In this document: positions 14,830 through 24,302 of the stretch, piece after piece
How positions within the stretch are numbered: the first letter of the stretch is position 1
Layout of the letters: each line of letters starts with the position of its first letter
Source of the DNA: Desulfobacterales bacterium
GTDB taxonomy: Bacteria; Desulfobacterota; Desulfobulbia; Desulfobulbales; BM004
NCBI GenBank assembly: GCA_021647905.1
Contig: JAKITW010000002.1
Span: forward strand, 6,210-70,209
Direction: 5' to 3'
Length of the DNA stretch: 64,000 nt
Translations under genes and position numbers: made by a program
Notes under the pieces: generated by a model
Databases searched by the model: none
Told to the model about the DNA's origin: nothing
The model's input: the letters and a program-made list of their open reading frames with translations, nothing else

Positions 14830-16956
14830 TCATAGCCTGGTCAGGACCTGCCTGAGCCGCTCAGCCACCTGCTTTTTCGTTGCCGCGGACATCTGCTTGA
14901 GGTTAAGGGCAATGGAATAGCCGGTCCCCTGCTCACGGATCTCTTCGGCCCGGCCGGCAAGTTTCTCGTAGAGGCCAATCAGCTGATAGGTCTGCACCGG
15001 CCTGGCGATTCCCTTGGCCCGGATCTCGCCCATGGGTTCGCAGGCGACCTCATCCTTGACCAGGGCATGGGTGGTGGCGGAAACCAGTATCTGGTCCGGC
15101 GCGGCACTATTTTCCAAACGGCTGGCCAGGTTGACCTGGCCGCCGATGATCGTATAATCAAGGCGGTCTTCCGAGCCGAAATTGCCCACGGTGCAGAATC
15201 CGGTGTTGATCCCCATCCTGATCCTGAACGGTTTGGGCAGGGCCATGGCTGCGGCCCATTTATGACGCAGGTCGTCCATCCGTTCACGCATGGCAATGGC
15301 CATCCGGACACTGGCCAGGGCATCGGCCTGCTCGCCGCGGGACTCGGGGTCGCCGAAAAAGACCATGATCGCATCACCGATGAACTTGTCAATGGTGCCG
15401 CCGAAACCGTGGATGATCTCGGCCATCTCGTTGAGGTACTCGTTTAACAGCCCGGTCATCGCCTCGGGCTCCATGTTGTCGGTCATCTCGGTGAAATCCT
15501 TGATATCAGAGAAGAAGACGGTGAGCAACTTGCGCTGGGAGTGGAGTTTGACATCGGTTTTGCCGGAGAAGATCGAGTCATAGACCTGGGGGGCGAGGTA
15601 TTTGGCAAGCTTGCTGGAAAGCTTCTCCATTTTCCGGTAAGAGGCCTGGAGTTCCCGGGTCCGTTCCTCCACCTTGACCTCCAGATACTCGGTGGCCTGT
15701 TCCTGGATCTCCAAGGCCCGGATCTGGGCCGCTTCGGTCTCTTTTTTCATCATATTGACCTGGTCCGCCAGGGCCAGGGCCAGCAGAATGATCTCCAGCA
15801 CCGAGCCAAGTTGCTGACCGTATTCGGTGACAACATTACTGGGCAGCGCCCCGAAGCTCTTCAAGCCCAAAAGCGCGGTGCCGATGAGCAGCATGAACCA
15901 GGCAATGGTAAAGTAGCGGGCCGACCGGTAGCCCCGGTGCCAGCAGACCAGGCTGGTGATAAAGACCGAGGGGGCGAAGATGGTGGCGAAAAAGGCGGCA
16001 ACCACAATGGTCCTGCGGTCATCGACAAAGATGGAGGTTGCCATGATCAGGACAAAGATGGTCATCAGCCACCCCAGAAAGCGGTGCAGCCCGGGCACGG
16101 TCTCCCGGGTCTGAAGAAATACCCGGGTAAACTGGAGGGCGCTGATCGCGGTGGCGCAGACCAGAAAGGGCAAGGCCCGATCGGTCAGCCATGGGTGGTG
16201 GGGCCAGAAATACTCGTTGGCCAGGCCGTTGTAGGCCATCTGCCAGAGGATGAAAAAAAACACATGGATGGCGAAAAAAATGTAACTGGGAAAACGGACC
16301 ACCAGGAAGAGAATAAGATAATAGACGGCGATGATCAGGGCCGTGCCGTAGTAGACTCCCAGGCCGAGCTGGATGTTTTTTACCGTGGAAAGGAAGGCCA
16401 CCGGTTCCCACAGGGTCAGTGAAAAAGGCACTGAACCTTTGTCACGGTAGCGGATGTACAGGGTCTGGGTTGCCGCGGGGGGCAGGGGGATGATAAAGGC
16501 CGGGTTGCGGTAACGGATTTCCCGTTCCTGGATCGGCACCAGTTCGCCGGCCCGTTTGACCGCAAAGGTATTGTCGGCGCGGGGCAGATAGAGATCTACA
16601 TGATCGATCAGCGGCGAACCCACCTCAAGGACATATTTTTTTTCTTCGGCCAGCCGGTGATCCAGTTTGAACCGGACCCAACAGGCGCCCCGGCCGAAGC
16701 CGAAATTCAGGGTCTCCTTTAAAGCGGGCCGGAACCGGTGGGCCATGCCGGGGGCAGAGACCGCCGCAATATTCAGTTCACCGCCGGGGTCTTCCAGAAC
16801 ATCGAGATGTCTGCCCAGGGAATAGCGTGGCTGCTCGCCGTTTACCACCAGGGAATCGGCCGCGGCCGCGGGCCCGGCGACAAGCAGCGCCAGGCCGACC
16901 AGGAGTGCATATCCGAAAAACCTTCGCACCGGCGGCATACCAGGGTTCAGTGCCAT
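14830..16956 (-). CDS. 7TMR-DISM-type membrane receptor fused to a class III adenylate/guanylate cyclase domain
   Basis: Signal peptide, extracellular domain, seven hydrophobic segments, coiled coil, then a C-terminal cyclase core (VFFSDIKDFT..FIGDAIMVFFG..RMGINTG..VGNFGS..DYTIIGGQVNLASRLE). Confidence 0.88.
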   Translation of the reverse strand: MALNPGMPPVRRFFGYALLVGLALLVAGPAAAADSLVVNGEQPRYSLGRHLDVLEDPGGELNIAAVSAPGMAHRFRPALKETLNFGFGRGACWVRFKLDHRLAEEKKYVLEVGSPLIDHVDLYLPRADNTFAVKRAGELVPIQEREIRYRNPAFIIPLPPAATQTLYIRYRDKGSVPFSLTLWEPVAFLSTVKNIQLGLGVYYGTALIIAVYYLILFLVVRFPSYIFFAIHVFFFILWQMAYNGLANEYFWPHHPWLTDRALPFLVCATAISALQFTRVFLQTRETVPGLHRFLGWLMTIFVLIMATSIFVDDRRTIVVAAFFATIFAPSVFITSLVCWHRGYRSARYFTIAWFMLLIGTALLGLKSFGALPSNVVTEYGQQLGSVLEIILLALALADQVNMMKKETEAAQIRALEIQEQATEYLEVKVEERTRELQASYRKMEKLSSKLAKYLAPQVYDSIFSGKTDVKLHSQRKLLTVFFSDIKDFTEMTDNMEPEAMTGLLNEYLNEMAEIIHGFGGTIDKFIGDAIMVFFGDPESRGEQADALASVRMAIAMRERMDDLRHKWAAAMALPKPFRIRMGINTGFCTVGNFGSEDRLDYTIIGGQVNLASRLENSAAPDQILVSATTHALVKDEVACEPMGEIRAKGIARPVQTYQLIGLYEKLAGRAEEIREQGTGYSIALNLKQMSAATKKQVAERLRQVLTRL

Positions 16957-17074
16957 GACCCCTCCCGGGAAGTATTAAACGGTTCATCCGACTACAGGGC
17001 TGAGCGACGAGTGCTGAGAAAAAGTATAATCGCCCTCTTTCGGTTCAAGCCCGGAACTCTTTGCTCGTTACTCA

Positions 17075-18328
17075 TCACTCCAGCGACAGGAGATGGGTGC
17101 GCAGGTTGCGTTTCTTGTGCTTGAGCCCGAGCTTCTTGCGGAGATTGTTTCTGTGGAACTCCACGGCATTTTGCGAAACATTCATCAACCGCGACATCTC
17201 TTTGTTGGTTTTTCCCAGCTTGATGAAGTCAGCGACCTGGACCTCCCGGGGACTTAAGCCCAGGGCGGCGGAGGAAACACGCTGGGGGAAGGCGTCGGTG
17301 ATCTTGTTTAAATTGTTCTTGACCACGTCCACATAGGACCTGCTCCGGGAAGGCGGCAGCCGCGCCTCAAGATGGTTGAGGTAGGGCAGGACCCGGCGCT
17401 TGATATTGTTGACGATTTTCTCCTCAACCTCCTCCTTGGCCCTGCTGACCTGCTGCAACAGGACCCGCAGGGCGGTATTCACCTCCTCCAGTTCCCTGGA
17501 ACGCCGGCCCAGTTCTTTTTCAATCTCTTTGCGCTCGGTGATATCGAACATCGCCCCGATCAGGCCGGCCACCTTGCCCTTGCCGTTGTAAAAGGCCGCC
17601 TTGCAGATCATCATCTCCCGGAGGTTGCCGTCGGCAACAACGGCCACGCTTTCATAGGTTTCCCGGCCGCCCTTTTTAATGATCCGTTTGTCGATCTTAT
17701 TATGGAGGACCGCCGTGTCCTTGGTGGCAAACTCGGAAACCATCTTGCCGATCAGTTTCTTGCGGGGCATGCCCATGGCCTCCTCAAAGGCGCTGTTGCA
17801 ACCAAGGAACCGGCGGCGGGTGTCCTTGAAAAACACCGGGGTGGGGATGGCGTCGATCAGGGTCTGCTGAAAGGCCAGTTGTTCGGCCAGGCTTTTGGTT
17901 CGCCTGGTCACCAGCTTTTCCAGGTTGTTCCGGTGTTCGCGCAGGGCCTGTTCGGTCCGCTTGATACCCAGGCAACTGCGGGCCAGGCCGCAGACTTCCA
18001 CCATGCTCAAGGGCTTGCGCAGGAAGAAATTTACCCCCTTCTTGAAACAGCGTTCCACCTCGCGGTCGTCGCCATGCCCGGTGATCACCACCACCAGAAA
18101 GGGATCGTCGGGCTTGATCGTGACCTGTTTGAGAAATTCAAAACCATTCATCACCGGCATCTTGAGGTCAAGAAAGATCAGGTCCGGCGGTTCCTTGTCG
18201 ATCATTGCCAGCCCCTCGGCGCCGTTCTCTGCAAAAAACAGGGAGTACGGTTCATGTTTCAGCGCCTTTTTCATGGTTTGTCGCAAAGCGAATTCGTCAT
18301 CAATGATCAATATCCTGGGTACGCTCAT
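17075..18328 (-). CDS. Response regulator: REC - PAS - LuxR-type HTH
   Basis: ILIIDDE..DLIFLDLKMPVMNG (REC), a central PAS-like region, and C-terminal LSPREVQVADFIKLGKTNKEMSRLMNVSQNAVEFHRNNLRKKLG (LuxR/FixJ HTH). Confidence 0.88.
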   Translation of the reverse strand: MSVPRILIIDDEFALRQTMKKALKHEPYSLFFAENGAEGLAMIDKEPPDLIFLDLKMPVMNGFEFLKQVTIKPDDPFLVVVITGHGDDREVERCFKKGVNFFLRKPLSMVEVCGLARSCLGIKRTEQALREHRNNLEKLVTRRTKSLAEQLAFQQTLIDAIPTPVFFKDTRRRFLGCNSAFEEAMGMPRKKLIGKMVSEFATKDTAVLHNKIDKRIIKKGGRETYESVAVVADGNLREMMICKAAFYNGKGKVAGLIGAMFDITERKEIEKELGRRSRELEEVNTALRVLLQQVSRAKEEVEEKIVNNIKRRVLPYLNHLEARLPPSRSRSYVDVVKNNLNKITDAFPQRVSSAALGLSPREVQVADFIKLGKTNKEMSRLMNVSQNAVEFHRNNLRKKLGLKHKKRNLRTHLLSLE

Positions 18329-18435
18329 GCTCTTGTCCTCTTTCCCTTGTCTTCACGAGTGGGTCGGTCTTGTTCCTGCCGAACCCGGTCTCAGGGTAAT
18401 CGCCCGGAGGTGTCGATCGCTTTTTCCGGCCCTGC

Positions 18436-20439
18436 CTAAGGGGGGATCTCCTTTTCCGTCCCCGCCGCCACCGGCAGCGTAAAAACGAACCGGCCGGCGC
18501 CGCCGGGAACGGGCTCATACCGGATTGAACCATGGTGCTCCCGGATGATGCCGTAAACAATGGCCAGCCCCAGACCAGTCCCTTTATCCACCTCCTTGGT
18601 GGTAAAAAAGGGCTCGAAAATTTTCCCCTGCAGCTCGGTGGAAATTCCAGGGCCGCTGTCGCTGAAGGTCGTTGTCACCCGGTGCGATCCGTCCCGGAAC
18701 ATCTCCACCATGACCTTGCCGCTCTGTTCCAGCTCCATCGCATCCATGGCATTCTGCAACAGGTTGATGAACACCTGCTCGAGCTTGTTGGCATTTCCCC
18801 GCACCAGCGGGAGATCAGAGGGTGTGTCCAGGCGAAGGTCGATATTATGGCGGCGCATCCTTTCACCCATCAGGATCATGGTCTTGTCAAGAACGGCGGG
18901 AAGGGCGACCGGTTCAAAAATATCAGTATCAGGACGGCCAAAGGTGCGCAACTGGCCGGTGAGGGCGGAGATCCGGCTCACCTGGCGCAGGGCCTCGCGG
19001 AAGTCGTCCCGCAACTCTTCCATGTCCACCCGGCCGAGATCGAAATCCCGCAGGGTGGACTCGTAGATCACCCTGATGAACGACAGCGGCTGGTTGATCT
19101 CATGGGCGATGCCGGTGCTGATCTGCCCCAGGGAGGCCAGCTTGGCCTGGGTCAGGGACTTGACCTCCAGCTCCTGCCGCTTTTTTTCGGCCTCAACCCG
19201 GCGGCTGATATCCCGGGCCAGGACGGCCATCTTGGTCGGCCGGTTATGGGCGTCGACAATCGGGTAGACCGCATAGTCGAAATAGCGTTCGCCATGTTCG
19301 CCCTCGAAGCGGAGGTTGCGGCCGGCAGCCACGGCCGCCTCGATCCGGCCGCGGAAGCGGAACAGGGTGTCGTCAACAGCGAGCAGGTCCCAGATGTTGT
19401 TTCCCGCCAGGGACTCCATATCCAGGCCAAGCCGCTCGGCCATGGCCTGGTTGGCGTCCAGGATCGTGCCGTGAACATCCAACAGGGCCGAGGCGTTGAT
19501 CGGAACGTTCAGCAGAACCCGCGCCGTCTCCTCGCTCTCCAGCAGGTCCTGTTCCGCCTGCTTGCGGATCGCAACCTCCTGCTCCAGTTCCGCGACCTTC
19601 TGCTCCAGCCCCCTGCGCAGTTCGTTGATGGTGGCAAAGGCGCCGCCGAGCTGGCTGACCAGGGAGTCGAAGGTCCCGGCCAGGGCCCCCAGCTGGTCGG
19701 CGGTGTCCACCTCAATACCATACCCCTTGATGTTGCCGACCAGTTGGTTCAGGGGCCGGGTAACCTCCCGGACAATGAAAGAGGTCACCACCGCGCCCAG
19801 GACCAGGGCCCCGGCAAACAGCAGAAGGCTCCTGGAAAGGGTGCCCCGGAGCCGCTGCTGCAGGGGCCGCTGGTCCACGCAGATCCCGATAAAGCCGATT
19901 ATCCGGCCGCCGCCGGAGACCGGGCCGCTTTGCTCAAAGAACAGGGACTCGTTGCTAAAGGTTCCGCTGGTCGCCCGCACCGGAGACCAGAACTCAATAA
20001 CTTCACTGACCGGATCCTCAAAGTAAAGGGTGGTTTGGCTTGCAGCCACCTTCCCGAGTATCTCCGGGTCCATTCCCTTTTCAACGGTGCAATGACTGCG
20101 CCCCGCGGGCCTCCGCGGGTTGAATTCCATGGTCAGCAGCTTGATGTCGGTGTTATAGACACAGACCTCCAGCACCCCGTCCACCCGGAATGCCGACTGG
20201 ACGGTGGTTTTGATCTGTTCCGGATCCTCGGCAAAAATTCCCAGCCGGGCCGACTGGGCCACCACCTCGACCAGCAACCTCCCCTCCCTGATCATCTCGG
20301 TTCTCAGTTCCCGCTGCCGGCTCCAGAAGTGGTAATAACTCATGGACCCGGCAACCAGGAGGATGGCGGCCATCAGGTAGACGAACACCCGGACGGTTAA
20401 GTTCTTGTTGATATGATCCAGCGGGCGGAAACGCTTCAT
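18436..20439 (-). CDS. Sensor histidine kinase (periplasmic domain, HAMP, PAS, HisKA, HATPase_c)
   Basis: Two TM segments, H-box GIAHEINQPL, N box FINLLQNAMDA, G boxes DSGPGI and GTGLGLAI. Confidence 0.9.
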   Translation of the reverse strand: MKRFRPLDHINKNLTVRVFVYLMAAILLVAGSMSYYHFWSRQRELRTEMIREGRLLVEVVAQSARLGIFAEDPEQIKTTVQSAFRVDGVLEVCVYNTDIKLLTMEFNPRRPAGRSHCTVEKGMDPEILGKVAASQTTLYFEDPVSEVIEFWSPVRATSGTFSNESLFFEQSGPVSGGGRIIGFIGICVDQRPLQQRLRGTLSRSLLLFAGALVLGAVVTSFIVREVTRPLNQLVGNIKGYGIEVDTADQLGALAGTFDSLVSQLGGAFATINELRRGLEQKVAELEQEVAIRKQAEQDLLESEETARVLLNVPINASALLDVHGTILDANQAMAERLGLDMESLAGNNIWDLLAVDDTLFRFRGRIEAAVAAGRNLRFEGEHGERYFDYAVYPIVDAHNRPTKMAVLARDISRRVEAEKKRQELEVKSLTQAKLASLGQISTGIAHEINQPLSFIRVIYESTLRDFDLGRVDMEELRDDFREALRQVSRISALTGQLRTFGRPDTDIFEPVALPAVLDKTMILMGERMRRHNIDLRLDTPSDLPLVRGNANKLEQVFINLLQNAMDAMELEQSGKVMVEMFRDGSHRVTTTFSDSGPGISTELQGKIFEPFFTTKEVDKGTGLGLAIVYGIIREHHGSIRYEPVPGGAGRFVFTLPVAAGTEKEIPP

Positions 20440-20442
20440 TGG

Positions 20443-21441
20443 CTATTCTCGCGGGTCGTTGTTGGTCGGGGCGCCCACTGTTAACCCCAGTTTGCCGGCC
20501 ACGATATGGTTGACCGATATCTTGACCGTGGCGGGTGCGGCCGCCGGCAGCCGGGACGAGCCCGGCCTGCCGATAATCTGCCGGGCCATTTCCCCGGCCC
20601 GCTCTCCCATGGTGTACGGATCAAAGGTCACTGCCACGGTGGCGCCCCTTTTCAGGTATTTCTCTGAAAAGGTGAGTACCGGAATCCGGTTTTCAAGGGA
20701 AAAGAGCAGGATGACCTCAACCGTCTCCGGGGTGGTCACGGTCTGGTCCGGCAGCATCCAGAAGGCATCGATCCGGCCGGCCAGTTTCTCCAGAAGCCGC
20801 CGCACCTGCCGGCGGTCTTCCGTCTGCTCTTCGATAACGAGTATTCCTCGTTTGTCCGCCGCCGCCATGATCCTCCGGGCCAGGACGCTGTTGCGCCGGG
20901 GATCATAGATAAGCCCGATTCGTCTGAGCCAGGGAATCACCCGGAGAAAGGCGGCCAGTTGCTGCTCCGGAGAAATAATCATCTCCACCCCGGTGGTATT
21001 GGCCCGGTCGGCGGCCAGCGCCCCGGGATAGGGCACCATCAGGTAGAGGATGGGGATATCGGCTATCGACTTGACCGCATTCAGGGCATTGGTGCCCACG
21101 GCCAGGACCAGGGCGGGCCGCTTGGCCAGAACCTTGGCGCGCAGGAATGCAGGGCCCGGTTCCTCGGCCAGAACCAGGTCGGTGATGGTGATCGCGGAGA
21201 TGCTCTTCAGACCCCGGGCCGGGACCGCCCGGGCGACCGCCGCCCGGAAACCATCCAGGGCCGCCTGATAGGGTGCGATCCGGGAACTGCTCACCGTAAC
21301 GACCTCAGCGGCCCTGGCCGGCCAGGCCCCAAAAAGCAATACCGCAAGTATGAAAAGGAAATATTTCACGCTGCAAACCGCCTTTCCGGCACGGCAGAGG
21401 GCTGGGTTCTCCGCCAGCACCCGCCGTTTTGTCAGCAACAT
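20443..21441 (-). CDS. Periplasmic ABC-type substrate-binding-like protein (COG2984-like), co-transcribed with the kinase
   Basis: Signal peptide ..FLFILAVLLFGAWPARA and a periplasmic-binding-fold-like sequence. 3-nt gap to the kinase gene. The real start may be GTG at 21369. Confidence 0.7.
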   Translation of the reverse strand: MLLTKRRVLAENPALCRAGKAVCSVKYFLFILAVLLFGAWPARAAEVVTVSSSRIAPYQAALDGFRAAVARAVPARGLKSISAITITDLVLAEEPGPAFLRAKVLAKRPALVLAVGTNALNAVKSIADIPILYLMVPYPGALAADRANTTGVEMIISPEQQLAAFLRVIPWLRRIGLIYDPRRNSVLARRIMAAADKRGILVIEEQTEDRRQVRRLLEKLAGRIDAFWMLPDQTVTTPETVEVILLFSLENRIPVLTFSEKYLKRGATVAVTFDPYTMGERAGEMARQIIGRPGSSRLPAAAPATVKISVNHIVAGKLGLTVGAPTNNDPRE

Positions 21442-21628
21442 TGAGAAGAAAGGATGAGAGGTTTCAAGATTCCCAGGAAGTGAAAAAATTGTTTCCCCGG
21501 CAACCTTGAGAATATAACCTATCCGGCCGATTCTCCAACCCTAAAAAAGAACTAGGGTTATACCAGGTAAAAACTATCACTCTGGCCAACACATTGTTGG
21601 CTCGGAATTAATGTTTTTCCGTCTCTCC

Positions 21629-21657
21629 TTGCCTCTGGAATTGGATTTTACTATAAT
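21629..21657 (+). promoter_or_regulatory. Sigma-70-type promoter candidate (TTGCCT-17 nt-TATAAT)
   Basis: TTGCCT at 21629-21634 and a perfect TATAAT at 21652-21657 with a 17-nt spacer. It faces the TonB-receptor gene. Confidence 0.5.
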
Positions 21658-21662
21658 AAATA

Positions 21663-21768
21663 TGATGAACTCGTAACAACCCGAAAGGCTTCAAATGCCA
21701 CCCAATAAAATCAACAAGTTACAAGACGAATCACGTCCGTCGAGCGGGTTGTTGCGAGACCGACAAAT
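21663..21768 (-). repeat. Family B repeat (copy B3, inverted orientation)
   Basis: 106 nt identical to 32316-32421. It is the reverse complement of the 14573 unit, apart from a short variable centre. Confidence 0.9.
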
Positions 21769-21771
21769 ATG

Positions 21772-21912
21772 TTTATATGAAAATCGTAACCATTCACCGG
21801 GGGTATGGAATTACGGTAACCTCATGCCCGTAAGCAGAGTCCTTGTAATGGCAGAGTGATATCTTTACTTTGTTTCGTTGTAACCGGCCAACATGGTCCA
21901 GCCATGCTGGGC
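21772..21912 (+). repeat. Family A repeat (copy A8, with an enlarged first hairpin)
   Basis: Starts TTTATATGAAAATCG and ends TTTCGTTGTaaCcGGCCAACATGGTCCAGCCATGCTGG. Confidence 0.55.
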
Positions 21913-21969
21913 TGGCTGAGAAAACAGGGTTGCCGAAACCATCCGGCGTCTCTTTGGGAGAGAGGAAAT

Positions 21970-23943
21970 ATGCCCGGAAAAATCCGCCACCGCTTGATGC
22001 TGCTTTCCTGGGCCGCCGCCTATCTGTTCTTCCCGGCACCATTGCCGGCCGCGGGCCCGGCCGCCGATGCGGTCCTGGCCGAGGACCAGTTTCTGGAACT
22101 TTACTTTGACAAGGACCAACTGGTGCAGGCCCCCACCCGCTCGCCCAAACCCCTGTCCCAGGTCGCCGAGAACGTCACCATCATTTACGCCGACGAGATC
22201 GAGGCAATGAACGCCCATAACCTGGCCGAGGTGCTGAACCGGGTCACCGGCCTCTATATCTCCAGCAATGGCCGCGATTTCGGCAGCAGTGCCAGCCTGA
22301 CAGCCCAGGGATCCGAGCCGCGGCACGTACTGGTGCTGTTAGACGGCATTGTCTGGAACTATATCGGCAGCGGCCGGGCCGGCACCAGCCAGATCCCGCT
22401 GGGGATCATCAAGCGGGTCGAGGTGATCAAGGGGCCGGCCTCCTCCACCTGGGGCGCGGCCCTGGGCGGGGTGATTAACATCATTACCAGGGATGCGGGA
22501 ACCAGTGCCAGGCCCGTCAGCACGCTTTCGCTTTCCTACGGCCAGGCCCGCTCCCTGGACGTTCAGGCCCGGGTGGCGGGCCGGGCCGGCACTGTCGGCT
22601 ACCTGCTCCACGCCGGCAGGCAGCGCTCCGACGGGCTCCTCAAGTCCCGGGAGTTTTTCAGCTCCAGTTTGTACGGCAAGTTCACTCTCGATCCCCAGCC
22701 AGACCACAACCTCACCCTTACCCTCGGCTACAGCGATCCGGAGTGGTATGCCGGCGATTTGCCCAGCGGCGGGATTCTTTCCCAGGGGCTTCATCAACGG
22801 CGTTTTGTCACCGCCACCCTGGACTCGCGGATCAGCCCGGTGCTGGCCCTCAACCTGTCCCTGCACGCGATCCAGCGGCGCTTTGATCAACTCAGTGACG
22901 AGTCCGGCCTCTATGCCGTCTTTGGCCCGGGCTACCAGCGGGGCGATCTGTTTGAGAACAATATCTTTGACGAGACCAACTATGGGGCCGGCGGCCGGCT
23001 GGTCTGGACCCCGGACAGCCACACCGTGGTGCTGGGCCTGGACCTGGAGCGCAACGAGAACGAGCAGCGCAACCAGGCCGGGGCCTATCGCCAGTGGCAG
23101 GGCGCGGCCCCTTTTTCCACCTACTCCTCTGAGATTAACCAGTGGGCGATCTATGGTAATGACACCCTTGCCCGCGGCAGATTGACCCTGACCCCGGGCA
23201 TTCGTCTTGACGGCAACTCCATCACCAAACCATTTATCAGCCCCAGCCTGGGGATAACCTACCGCCTGCGCCGGGATACCCTGCTCCGGGGCCAGGTGGC
23301 CCGGGCCTTTACCATCCCGCCCCTGTCCTGGCTCTCCGGCGGCGGGCTGTTCTTCGATCCCAACCCCGATCTTGAGCCGGAACAGGTCTGGTCCTTCCAG
23401 GCCGGAATCGAGTCCACGGCCGTCAAGTATCTCTGGCTCAAGGGCACGGTGTTCCGGCACGATCTGGACAATACCTTCGGCGAGACGACCTCGCCTCTCA
23501 ACCCGAAGCATTCCACTATGCAAAACATGGGCAAGGAGCACCGCACCGGTTTTGAGGCCGAGGCCAAGTCCGCGCCCTTTCACAACCTGACCCTGGGCGC
23601 GGGCTTTTCCCTGGCCAGCATCGACCGGGACTGGAACAGCGATGACCAGACCCTTTACAGCAGCAACCTGGAGCTGGCCTTTACCGAGCCGAAGACCGGA
23701 TTCAAAGCCTCCCTGTTCGGCCATTTCGTCTGGTGGGACCTGCCCGACTCAACCACCAGGGGCAGCTACGACGACTTTATCTGGGACCTGAACGCAAGTA
23801 AAAAAATACTTACCCGGGACCGCTCCATCACCACCCTGTTTGTCACGGTCCACAACCTGTTCAACGGCACCCAGTACCGGCACATTAACTTCAAGGATCC
23901 GGACCGCTGGGTGGAGGGCGGCATCCGGGTCTTTTGGGAGTAG
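21970..23943 (+). CDS. TonB-dependent outer-membrane receptor
   Basis: Signal peptide, then plug-domain motifs (VTIIYADEIE..NLAEVLNRVTGLYI..VLLDGI..IKRVEVIKGPASSTWGAALGGVINIITR) and a beta-barrel with alternating pattern. Start at ATG 21970 behind GAGAGGAAA. The track ORF begins 114 nt upstream, inside a repeat. Confidence 0.9.
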   Translation: MPGKIRHRLMLLSWAAAYLFFPAPLPAAGPAADAVLAEDQFLELYFDKDQLVQAPTRSPKPLSQVAENVTIIYADEIEAMNAHNLAEVLNRVTGLYISSNGRDFGSSASLTAQGSEPRHVLVLLDGIVWNYIGSGRAGTSQIPLGIIKRVEVIKGPASSTWGAALGGVINIITRDAGTSARPVSTLSLSYGQARSLDVQARVAGRAGTVGYLLHAGRQRSDGLLKSREFFSSSLYGKFTLDPQPDHNLTLTLGYSDPEWYAGDLPSGGILSQGLHQRRFVTATLDSRISPVLALNLSLHAIQRRFDQLSDESGLYAVFGPGYQRGDLFENNIFDETNYGAGGRLVWTPDSHTVVLGLDLERNENEQRNQAGAYRQWQGAAPFSTYSSEINQWAIYGNDTLARGRLTLTPGIRLDGNSITKPFISPSLGITYRLRRDTLLRGQVARAFTIPPLSWLSGGGLFFDPNPDLEPEQVWSFQAGIESTAVKYLWLKGTVFRHDLDNTFGETTSPLNPKHSTMQNMGKEHRTGFEAEAKSAPFHNLTLGAGFSLASIDRDWNSDDQTLYSSNLELAFTEPKTGFKASLFGHFVWWDLPDSTTRGSYDDFIWDLNASKKILTRDRSITTLFVTVHNLFNGTQYRHINFKDPDRWVEGGIRVFWE

Positions 23944-24076
23944 CGCCAGACCCACGGCCGGAACACAGTGGGATAAAGGTGTCCAGGGCCGGCCAAGCCT
24001 TAAGATAAAGGAGGTGATGCCTGTTTTTCTCAAAGGCCAGGGCAATAACCAGTAACAGCAACCCAAGGAGGGAAGT

Positions 24077-24178
24077 ATGAAGACATTAAAGATTATCGTT
24101 CTGGACCCGGGTATGGACTTGATGGAAATCGCGGCACAGGGGGACTGCTGTCTGGGGGCGGAAGTCGCAACACGGTGA
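24077..24178 (+). CDS. Small ORF (33 aa), candidate RiPP precursor peptide MKTLKIIVLDPGMDLMEIAAQGDCCLGAEVATR
   Basis: ATG preceded by AAGGAGG with 5-nt spacing, followed by a terminator hairpin. It lies directly upstream of a radical SAM/SPASM gene. Below the size cut-off of the supplied ORF track. Confidence 0.6.
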   Translation: MKTLKIIVLDPGMDLMEIAAQGDCCLGAEVATR

Positions 24179-24192
24179 AGGCCGTTTAAAAC

Positions 24193-24220
24193 AAAAGGGA
24201 CGCCCCGGCGTCCCTTTTGT
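24193..24220 (+). terminator. Rho-independent terminator/attenuator between the peptide ORF and the radical SAM gene
   Basis: GGGACGC-cccg-GCGTCCC stem-loop (24197-24214) followed by TTTTGT. Confidence 0.6.
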
Positions 24221-24302
24221 CGTAAACGGCAATTTTTTTTGCCCCGGGCTCCTGGGTAAACGCTTGCAGTCCAGCGGGTATAACCTTTTTCGGGAATCCC
24301 TT

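Noticed and set aside
21769-21969. A riboswitch (for example cobalamin) in the long leader of the TonB-dependent receptor.
   Set aside because: No B12-box-like GCCACTG or other riboswitch core that I recognise is present. The leader is explained by family B and family A repeat copies.
24017-24055. A 12-codon mini-ORF MPVFLKGQGNNQ preceded by AAGGAGG, upstream of the 33-aa peptide ORF.
   Set aside because: The SD-to-ATG spacing is only about 2 nt. The frame is merely the tail of a longer non-coding ORF in the track (23840-24055), and there is no supporting feature. It is kept only as a remote possibility, as a second or leader peptide.
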